From: Candidatus Poribacteria bacterium WGA-3G
GTDB taxonomy: Bacteria; Poribacteria; WGA-4E; WGA-3G
NCBI GenBank assembly: GCA_000406005.1
Contig: ASZN01000008.1
Coordinates: 19,327-83,326, forward strand
Reading direction: 5' to 3'
DNA length: 64,000 bases
Shown here: positions 16,632 through 24,067 of the stretch, piece after piece
How positions within the stretch are numbered: the stretch's first letter is position 1
Layout: each line of letters begins with the position of its first letter
Translations under genes and position numbers: made by a program
Notes under the pieces: generated by a model
What the model was told of the DNA's origin: nothing
Databases searched by the model: none
The model's input: only the letters and a program-made list of their open reading frames with translations

Positions 16632-17900
16632 TTAATTATCGGTGTGGAGTGCATCAATAGGTGAAAGCCGCGCCGCTCGTATTGCAGGATAGACTCCAAA
16701 AGCAATCCCCATAAAAACAGAAAAGAGAACAGAAATCAGCACCCAATGTCCAGAGAGGACAACGGGCCACTCTTTCACAATGGGCAGGATACGCACGGCA
16801 ATGCGTGCCATACCGCGTGCCGCAACCCAACCGCCTGCGATCCCAAGAAGGGTGCCACAGAGACAGAGACAGATGGATTCGGTTAGGAATTGGTAAAAAA
16901 TATCCATACGTCTGGCACCGACGGCTTTACGTAACCCAATCTCGCGCGTTTTCTCGCCGACAGAGACGAGGCAGATATTCATAATACCGATGCCGCCAAC
17001 AAATAGTGAAAATCCAGCGATGCTACCCAACGCAATCTTTATCACATTTTCAAGGTGTTCCAATCGCTTGACAGTGCTTTTGGGCATCCAATAAAATACA
17101 AAGTTATCTATACCCCTATGTCTTTTACGAAGCACCTTCTGTGCGGATTTAATAACATCATAAACATCTGCACCTTTTTGAAAAAATATATTAAGCCTTT
17201 CAACATAACGAACACCTGTAATACGTTGTTGGTAGGTTGTTATTGGAACGCATATCATGTCATCTAAACTCCCCCAGGAAACACCGAGATTTCGCCCTTT
17301 CGGTACCATGGTACCGACCACGCGCGTTCTAACGGGCGTTTGCCGCCAACCATGCCGAAGTTTTACCTCTTGACTGATGGGGGCTGAATTTCCGAACAAT
17401 TCTGCCGCAACGTTGGCACCTAAGACGCAAACCTGTGTGGCGTTGTCGATATCGTTCTCGGAGAGAAATCTACCTTCTTGCAGATCGTACCGCATGAGTG
17501 GGGCATAGTCTGCTGTTACCCCTACCAGATCAGCACCTCTGAATTCTCTACCTTGGCCGTTGGTGACAAACAATCGAGATCTCCGATTCCAAGGGAGGAC
17601 CCCTATGACCTCCGGGCATTCGGCTTCAATTGCATAAGCGTCGCCCAAAGTATACCGCTCCGTTGTTGGATATCGCCGGCCGCGTCTCCTAACGAAAGTG
17701 CGTGTCCAAAATTGCACTTGGTTGGCTCCGCCGAGTTTTTCGATGTCCGCGGCAATGATCTCTTTCGCCCCATCGCCGATAGCCATCATGCAAAGGACGC
17801 TGGCAATCCCGATGAAGATGCCGAGGATGGATAACCCTGCACGCATTCTATTTTGCGCAAGATGCGCTATCCCTGAGACTATCGCATCACGGATGTTCAT
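16632..17900 (-). CDS. ABC transporter permease, MacB/FtsX family
   Basis: N-terminal TM (RAGLSILGIFIGIASV), a large periplasmic MacB-like domain and a C-terminal FtsX 3-TM bundle (REIGLRKAVGARRMDI). No cognate ATPase gene is adjacent. Confidence 0.85.
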   Translation of the reverse strand: MNIRDAIVSGIAHLAQNRMRAGLSILGIFIGIASVLCMMAIGDGAKEIIAADIEKLGGANQVQFWTRTFVRRRGRRYPTTERYTLGDAYAIEAECPEVIGVLPWNRRSRLFVTNGQGREFRGADLVGVTADYAPLMRYDLQEGRFLSENDIDNATQVCVLGANVAAELFGNSAPISQEVKLRHGWRQTPVRTRVVGTMVPKGRNLGVSWGSLDDMICVPITTYQQRITGVRYVERLNIFFQKGADVYDVIKSAQKVLRKRHRGIDNFVFYWMPKSTVKRLEHLENVIKIALGSIAGFSLFVGGIGIMNICLVSVGEKTREIGLRKAVGARRMDIFYQFLTESICLCLCGTLLGIAGGWVAARGMARIAVRILPIVKEWPVVLSGHWVLISVLFSVFMGIAFGVYPAIRAARLSPIDALHTDN

Positions 17901-17902
17901 TT

Positions 17903-19897
17903 TTATAAGTAAGGCTTCATATCCCAGAGGAGGAGAGTGCCATCATAGCTGCCGCTCACCAAAAGCGTGCCATCCGGTGAAAACGCGAGATCCTGAACGT
18001 CCGTAGAATGTCCCCAAAAGGTAGCAATATTCTCACCGGTGGCAACTTCCCATAAACGGATAGACATCTGATCCGTATCTATCCAAGACGCGCCGGAAAC
18101 GAGATACCGTCCACAAGGTGAAAATGTTAACGCCCCCACCCGTTGACATCCGTGTGGTGGACAGAACACTTTGAGGACTTCGTACGTTGTCGCATCCCAT
18201 AAGCGAATTTCGCCAAGGAGCCCGCCGGCGATGACAGTCCTACAGGGGGAAAAAATAATTGGACCTACCACCCGTTTAGGGGGACGTTCGACAGTTTTCT
18301 CTAACCGACGGAGATAAGCTTGAACGCTACGGGCATCGCCTCTATACTTTGCGGGCTCTATCTCTTTTGCTAAGCATAACTTTACTAACAACTGACCGTT
18401 TTCAACATCCCGGAGTTCTGCTTGTTTTCCGTTGAAGTCCGCAACCGCTATCTGTTTTCCTTCCGGAGAGACAGATAGAGAATCTATGCGATTTATTCCG
18501 ACAGGTAAAGCAGTCCGTTTTTTTTCGCCATCCCATACATACAGATGTCCATTCGCATTTGCACAGACCAGCCCGTCGCCGCTGGGTAAAAATGCGACGT
18601 GCCATAGCCCGGCTGCTCTCTTATCTTCTTTATGAGATTCTTTGAACTCAGCGAGGGGCGCGTCGACGTTCTCAATGTCCCATATTCTGATTGCCGCATC
18701 GTTTGAGCCAGAAGCAAGGTATTTTCCACAAGGCGAAAAATCAAGAGAGTCCCGGCGGATAGACGCTTTGCTTGCACCGAACGCTTTGAGTCGTTTTAAC
18801 CGATCAACATCCCAGAGGTGGATGTTACCGTTCCAATGCCCGGCAGCCAAAATCTTTCCATTTGGTGAAAATGTCACAGCCCCACACACCCAGGTATATT
18901 CACGAATAGAGAGACTCTGTTTTCGGGGTAAAGTTTCCTTAATATCCCATATCTGAATCTCATCCTTCCCTCCTAGTGCCAGTTGTAAAGTCTGAGGTGA
19001 AAAGCATAGAGGATAGGTACACCGTTCACTTCTTAAACTCCGCAACTTGTCCCCACGTTTCGGATCCCAGAGGGTAACCGTGCTCTCATGATTCCCGGCG
19101 GCAATGAAGGTGCCATCGGTTAAATACGCGAGTTTCGGAACACCCTTCGCGTACGTCGGCAGCTCTGAGAAGCCAACAGGGGATGCCCTTTCCGCAATTT
19201 TGTGAACATCCCATTCATGCAAGATGCCGTTTATGTCCGCAGAAGTTAGGAACTGACCACATGGAGAAAAGATAAGTTCGGCAACAAGAGCGACATGTCC
19301 CTTCAGACAAGCGATACGTTCTTTCGCCTCAAGATCCCATATAGAAATCGTATGCTCAGGGGTTGCCCCTGCGAGTAATTTCCCATCGGGCGAAAAGGAG
19401 AGCGGAATGAAACCGGGACGAAACCGCGGTTTCAGGGATTCATCAACGGTGAATTCTGCGACCTGTTCTCCGGTTTTGTGATGCCAGACGTAAACGGCAT
19501 CGTATCGCCCGCCAGAAGAGGCTAAGCGTTGCCCATCTGGAGAGAAGACGAGTCGGTTGACACGATTACATCTCCCAACTCGCTCCATTTTGGAAACGTA
19601 CCGCTGGGTGTGTCTGTCCCACACTTTGACATCGCCATCTTGATTGCCGATCGCGATCAGAGCATCATTCGGGGAAAATGCGACTTGAGTAATAAAACCG
19701 CGTTCTGTAGCCAACACATCAAAAGGGATCAGTGTGGCGGCATCGTACAGCCAGACACCTAAACGACTCCAGGTGGCGACTGTGCTCTCATCCAAAAAGG
19801 TTATGCCTGAAAAGATCCCTTGCCCCAGTCGGGCAATCGCGCCCTCGGGGAGTGCCCAAAGGGACACATCTGCAGAGCGTTTTTGATTCTCCATCAT
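17903..19897 (-). CDS. WD40 repeat protein (paralog of 5241..7232)
   Basis: WD blades throughout. Start trimmed to ATG 19897 (AAGGTGG RBS). The last blade, RLWEVATGENIATFWGHSTDVQDLAFSPDGTLLVSGSYDGTLLLWDMKP, is nearly identical to that of the paralog. Confidence 0.85.
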   Translation of the reverse strand: MMENQKRSADVSLWALPEGAIARLGQGIFSGITFLDESTVATWSRLGVWLYDAATLIPFDVLATERGFITQVAFSPNDALIAIGNQDGDVKVWDRHTQRYVSKMERVGRCNRVNRLVFSPDGQRLASSGGRYDAVYVWHHKTGEQVAEFTVDESLKPRFRPGFIPLSFSPDGKLLAGATPEHTISIWDLEAKERIACLKGHVALVAELIFSPCGQFLTSADINGILHEWDVHKIAERASPVGFSELPTYAKGVPKLAYLTDGTFIAAGNHESTVTLWDPKRGDKLRSLRSERCTYPLCFSPQTLQLALGGKDEIQIWDIKETLPRKQSLSIREYTWVCGAVTFSPNGKILAAGHWNGNIHLWDVDRLKRLKAFGASKASIRRDSLDFSPCGKYLASGSNDAAIRIWDIENVDAPLAEFKESHKEDKRAAGLWHVAFLPSGDGLVCANANGHLYVWDGEKKRTALPVGINRIDSLSVSPEGKQIAVADFNGKQAELRDVENGQLLVKLCLAKEIEPAKYRGDARSVQAYLRRLEKTVERPPKRVVGPIIFSPCRTVIAGGLLGEIRLWDATTYEVLKVFCPPHGCQRVGALTFSPCGRYLVSGASWIDTDQMSIRLWEVATGENIATFWGHSTDVQDLAFSPDGTLLVSGSYDGTLLLWDMKPYL

Positions 19898-20043
19898 ATC
19901 AACCACCTTTTTTCGCGGAGATAACAAGAGTGGACTGTCCATCTAAAACTTATGATCTATTCGTGGTGTTCTGTCCAATTTCAAATTGATGGAACGTTCA
20001 TAGTCGTGCGATTCATCGCACGACTACAAACCTATCTACTTAT

Positions 20044-20427
20044 TCAAAATCCGCAATCGTTGTTGCATAATTCTGTCTGATCCGTAGATGCTGCACACAC
20101 TTCCTGACATGAATCTGGTACATTACCACTTATAGGGTCGGGGTCGGGGTCGGTCGGACACTCACAACTTCCACCACAACTAATAAAGGAACTTAGACAA
20201 TCGTCACAACCTGCGATATTGCAGCCACAGATGCCACACTCCTCCTCGTCACAACATTCACTGCTTGAGAAAAGAGCAGCGTCTGTTCCACCGCCACAGC
20301 AGCTGGAAGCCTCAGTTTCTACGACAAACCCATCAAACGCGCCAGCAAATACGACTCCGCCAGCAAAAAGCAGAACAATTATCAGGCGACCTATGACATT
20401 AGGCGTTGAGAGAAAATTTCTAATCAT
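20044..20427 (-). CDS. Small secreted/anchored Cys-rich protein (16 Cys in ~85 residues)
   Basis: AAGGAGAG RBS. N-terminal hydrophobic segment IGRLIIVLLFAGGVVFAGAF, then SSCCGGG...SECCDEEECGICGCNIAGCDDCLSSFISCGGSCECPTDPDPDP...CQEVC...LCNNDCGF. It is the first gene downstream of a sigma-54 promoter. Confidence 0.6.
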   Translation of the reverse strand: MIRNFLSTPNVIGRLIIVLLFAGGVVFAGAFDGFVVETEASSCCGGGTDAALFSSSECCDEEECGICGCNIAGCDDCLSSFISCGGSCECPTDPDPDPISGNVPDSCQEVCAASTDQTELCNNDCGF

Positions 20428-20636
20428 TCTAAAACTCTCCTTTATGTAAAAGAGACATGAATCAGTATAGCACGTCTCTCCAAATTATACACAAACAATT
20501 CAAAAAAAACGTATCGCAAGAAACCACGCTTGTTGCAGCAGTCTGCGATGCAATGCCAAAATCCCACGATACCTTGTGTAAGACACAACTAACATCCAAG
20601 GATTTGGCTTACACTTCATTACTTAAGCAAGAATCA

Positions 20637-20652
20637 GCAAGAATCGTGCCAA
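20637..20652 (-). promoter_or_regulatory. Sigma-54 (-24/-12) promoter
   Basis: The minus strand reads TTGGCACGATTCTTGCTG, a match to TGGCAC-N5-TTGC. It lies ~210 nt upstream of the ATG of 20044..20427. Confidence 0.7.
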
Positions 20653-20762
20653 TAGGTGAAATCGTGATATCTATCCCTGTTATAACTTTGTCCGTCAAGC
20701 CAGCATGCGGGATACGGGCGGTACGCGGTATGATCGGGTTGCTTAAAGTTGTTTTTCGCCGA

Positions 20763-20872
20763 GTGTTTCAAAATGAAACACGTTTGGGAGCGATATCCAT
20801 GGCGGAGCCTTTGATAAAGCGGGTTCCAGCGTGTTGTGTTTCAAAATGAAACAGTGTTTCATTTTGAAACAA
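20763..20872. promoter_or_regulatory. Three palindromic enhancer (UAS)-like sites TGTTTCA-N3-TGAAACA
   Basis: GTGTTTCAAAATGAAACAC (20763-20781), GTGTTTCAAAATGAAACAG (20836-20854) and GTGTTTCATTTTGAAACAA (20854-20872). They lie between the activator gene stop and the -24/-12 promoter, 110-225 bp upstream of it. Confidence 0.65.
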
Positions 20873-20877
20873 CATTT

Positions 20878-21858
20878 TTACAGTAGCAGGTTATATTTCT
20901 TCATTTTCCGATAAAGTGTGGCTCTACTGATACCCAACTGCTGTGCGGCATCAGACATATTACCGCCTGTCACTTTGAGGGCATGGACGATGGCTCTCCG
21001 TTCAACTTCGTCGAGTGGAAGAATAGTAGTGGTATCCATCGGGGCACTTGTGGTGGATTGCGAACCCTCTTGCGTCTGATGTAAAAGGAGGCTTTGGGGT
21101 TGCAGCTGGTCTGTTGTCTCAGACAAAACGGCACTCTCAATGGCGTTTTCCAGTTCGCGCACGTTCCCGGGAAAGTCCTGCTGCATTAACATTTGTAAGG
21201 CATCATTAGAAATGTCGCGAATGGGTTTTTCGGCGGCTGCGGCAAATTTTTTTACGAAGTGATCTGCCAAGATAGCGATATCTTCGCGCCGTTCTCTGAG
21301 TGGTGGAACCGTGATCGGGAATGCCGCGAGGCGATAGTACAAATCCTCACGGAAATATCCCTCTCTGATAGCATTTTCTAAATCCTGATTCGTAGCAGCC
21401 AGGATCCGGATATCAATTGAGATAGTGCTTGTGCCGCCGATCCTCTGAAGTTCTCGTTGTTGTAGGGCACGCAGCAACTTCGCTTGCAAAGTGAGTGGCA
21501 TATTCCCAATTTCATCAAGAAAAAGTGTACCGGTGTTCGCTTGTTCAAAGTATCCGGTCCGACGCTCGTTTGCCCCTGTGAAAGCCCCGCGTTCATTGCC
21601 AAACAACTCACTTTCAAACAATTCGGCTGGTATTGCAGCACAATTGATGGCAAGGAAAGGTCCTGCTTTTCGCTGGCTGTTATCGTGTATTGATTTTGCG
21701 ACCAATTCTTTGCCGGTCCCGGTTTCGCCTTGAATCAGGACGGTAATATCCGCTGCTGCCACCGTTCGAATCTGGGTGAATAGGTGCTGCATTTTTTCGG
21801 TTTTGCCGATGATTTCGCCAAAGGAGTGGTTTATTTTCAGTTCGTTCTGTAATGCCAT
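20878..21858 (-). CDS. Sigma-54-dependent transcriptional activator (AAA+ plus Fis-type HTH, no receiver or sensor domain)
   Basis: Walker A GETGTGKE, GAFTGA loop (ESELFGNERGAFTGA), Walker B LFLDEI and C-terminal HTH AAQQLGISRATLYRKMKKY. Confidence 0.9.
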   Translation of the reverse strand: MALQNELKINHSFGEIIGKTEKMQHLFTQIRTVAAADITVLIQGETGTGKELVAKSIHDNSQRKAGPFLAINCAAIPAELFESELFGNERGAFTGANERRTGYFEQANTGTLFLDEIGNMPLTLQAKLLRALQQRELQRIGGTSTISIDIRILAATNQDLENAIREGYFREDLYYRLAAFPITVPPLRERREDIAILADHFVKKFAAAAEKPIRDISNDALQMLMQQDFPGNVRELENAIESAVLSETTDQLQPQSLLLHQTQEGSQSTTSAPMDTTTILPLDEVERRAIVHALKVTGGNMSDAAQQLGISRATLYRKMKKYNLLL

Positions 21859-21879
21859 AATACCCCCTTTTATAAAAAT

Positions 21880-21999
21880 AGGACTTACGCATTTTTGACC
21901 GTAGCACGCGCTGTGAGATAAGGATCGTCTAAAAAACAGAGGCGTTGTGTGGCACAGGCTAACAGCCTATGCTACAAAAGAGAACGCTGCGTAAGTCCT
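21880..21999. repeat. 120-bp TIR (MITE-like) element AGGACTTACGC...GCGTAAGTCCT with an internal hairpin-CTACAAAA unit
   Basis: 11-bp perfect terminal inverted repeats. Near-collinear copy at 29531-29649; shorter relatives at 7411-7502 and 13570-13641; a right end only at 52359-52370. Confidence 0.7.
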
Positions 22000-22094
22000 G
22001 AAAAATTAACGTGAGTTTGATGTAAACGGATCTCGTTCTGTAAAGCCGCAATGGAAAAGTCTCCTATGAAATTTCAAAGCGGCTTCTTCCTTCC

Positions 22095-22612
22095 TTATTC
22101 GCAGGGTGTTCCACTTGCTCGTAGTAACTGATTCATCTGAAATTTATGCCCATCCACCAAAATCGTCGGAGACGCTTTAATCCCTAAATCCGCGGCACGC
22201 GCAATATTTTCACGGAAAAGCTGCGCTGCTTCCGAAGTATCAAACAAGGCTTGAATCTTTGCCACGTCGATACCGAGTTTTTCCGCGCACGCCTCCCAAC
22301 TCTTGTCTAATTTTTTCCCGCGGCACAGGATATAGTCGAGATACCGGTCTGGATATTCCTGTGCGATCAGGAGCTGCCGGATATCCTCTGCAACTTCGGG
22401 GTAGCCGTGGAGGCTTATAAACGGCGTTTTTCGAGTTTTGAAAGCACGGTTTCCAAACGATCCCCGATAATCGGACGCGCCTGCTGTTTTACTGCTTGTA
22501 TCTGTTTAATCCTTTGAGATTCTGCCCATTGTGAATAAAGTGGGGGCAGCGTCACCCCCACCGTCAAAACTATTAGAACTAAAATTGCACGTTTCATAAA
22601 AAATAAAATCAA
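22095..22612 (-). pseudogene. DsbA/thioredoxin-like protein remnant: signal peptide ORF plus out-of-frame C-terminal fragment, active-site region missing
   Basis: 22415..22612 encodes a signal peptide (MKRAILVLIVLTVGV). A second frame, with no start codon, gives own translation FISLHGYPEVAEDIRQLLIAQEYPDRYLDYILCRGKKLDKSWEACAEKLGIDVAKIQALFDTSEAAQLFRENIARAADLGIKASPTILVDGHKF...*. This resembles the C-terminal half of DsbA-like thioredoxin-fold proteins. Confidence 0.4.
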
Positions 22613-22630
22613 AACCTCTTGATTCGTAAT

Positions 22631-22765
22631 CCTTTCGTGTAATAGTTGTCAGTTTCCAGTTGTCAGTTTCCAGTCGCCAGTTGTCAGTTAAAGAGATGAA
22701 CCAGATTGCCCTCTTAACTGGCAACCCGTAACTGGAAACTGGAAACTATTCCCTCTGATAACTGA
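22631..22765. repeat. Long imperfect CAGT-rich hairpin (CAGTTGTCAGTTTCCAGT.../...ACTGGAAACTGGAAACT)
   Basis: Inverted arms around 22690-22710. Same sequence flavour at 481-532, 2441-2467, 24041-24065, 38587-38720, 45951-46035 and 52291-52325, always at gene ends. Confidence 0.6.
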
Positions 22766-23572
22766 CGACTGAATTAAAATAGCTGCATGAGTTTCAGGTA
22801 AAACGGTCCTTGGCATAGAATCGTGAGGATTGTGCCGAAAGAGATCACCGGTGCGAAGCGGACAGAGGGTTGAATCCTTAGACGGTGCCGACTGAACCGA
22901 GAACCACACACATGCAAAGCCGACAACCACATAATACACCGGTGTTTTCGGAACCGACGACAATAATCGCTGCACCAAAGCAAACGCCGCCAAGGCCAAA
23001 AATAGACTCACAAATCGGTCAAGTTGCCATCCGAGCAGCTTCAACAGGGATGTCAGCGCGGTTGCGATACCGATGAAGAAAAGCAGATTAAAGAGTTTCT
23101 CAAGAAGTGCTGCCATCTGAAAGTTTGACACCACAAACCCGCGGAGAAGTGCCAACTTGTTCAGCATCAATACAAATTTGAAAAGCAGATACGCCAGTAG
23201 GCCTACCGAATATGGAATGACGATATTCAGTGCAAGAATTAACGGCGGAAAACTCAGGCTACCGCTCAAATGCTGAAAAAGTGATAATGGGAAAATCAGA
23301 CACACCCCCCAAAAGAGTTTAGAATCTCCCGGGGAGAAGATACCGAACCAATAGAACGCGAAGGCGATGAGTCCGCTCCCGACGAAAAGCCCTAAGATAT
23401 TGAGCGGCGTTGTTGTGCCAAGATACCATGACATTAATTGGCTCAGCATCCCGGCATAAAGGAGCCCTAACGAACAAACGTTGCGGATCTTCTGTGTCTT
23501 CAGGTCGGTGTAACTTGCATACCCACAAAAGACAAGGGCTAAAAATAGAAGAAAAGTCTCGTAGTATGACAT
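22688..23572 (-). CDS. A24-family prepilin peptidase-like membrane protein
   Basis: YASYTDLKTQKIRN and FSPGDSKLF correspond to the two Asp motifs (D-x-K-x-x-x-I-P-N / G-G-G-D-x-K-L) of A24 peptidases. Polytopic membrane protein. The 3' end reads into the hairpin repeat, so the true C-terminus is uncertain. Confidence 0.6.
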   Translation of the reverse strand: MSYYETFLLFLALVFCGYASYTDLKTQKIRNVCSLGLLYAGMLSQLMSWYLGTTTPLNILGLFVGSGLIAFAFYWFGIFSPGDSKLFWGVCLIFPLSLFQHLSGSLSFPPLILALNIVIPYSVGLLAYLLFKFVLMLNKLALLRGFVVSNFQMAALLEKLFNLLFFIGIATALTSLLKLLGWQLDRFVSLFLALAAFALVQRLLSSVPKTPVYYVVVGFACVWFSVQSAPSKDSTLCPLRTGDLFRHNPHDSMPRTVLPETHAAILIQSSVIRGNSFQFPVTGCQLRGQSGSSL

Positions 23573-23897
23573 CGGTATATTCTCAATTGCTTAGGAGCAG
23601 TGTATCATCTCCATAAGTAGGCGAGGTTTTTTAATCTCGCGAGCAAGTAATTTAGGGGATTACTTCCATAGACTAAAGTTGATGGAGGGCGATCCTGCTG
23701 TGAGGGAACAGGATCGCCGGAAACTACGCGTCAATAATTTGAATCAATTCTTGTATCACCAAGGTTACGATCCAACGCATTTTTTTATCAATGTCCCAGT
23801 GCAGGTGCCGTGTTCTACTGTCCCATCACACACAGGTCTACAAGACTCTCCCGGATCGCAGTCAGAATCAAAATAGCACTCATGAGTGCCGGCATAA

Positions 23898-24021
23898 ACG
23901 GTTTCCTATGCTACAGAAGATACACAGGCTAACGGTTTCCTATGCTACAGAAGATACACAGGCTAACGGTTTCCTATGCTACAGAAGATACACAGGCTAA
24001 CGGTTTCCTATGCTACAAAAA
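23898..24021. repeat. Tandem array, 3.6 copies of a 34-bp unit AACGGTTTCCTATGCTACAGAAGATACACAGGCT
   Basis: Direct reading: units at 23898, 23932, 23966 and 24000 (partial). The unit is a variant of the dispersed CACAGGCTAACAGCCTATGCTACAAAA hairpin element. Confidence 0.85.
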
Positions 24022-24067
24022 ACTGTCCAAACTTTAGTTTAGTTAACTGAAAACTGAAACTCATTGA

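Noticed and set aside
16632-19897. The WD40 gene plus the MacB-type permease (3-nt gap) considered as a novel export system.
   Set aside because: No ATPase, membrane-fusion or outer-membrane partner is present. Adjacency alone is insufficient.
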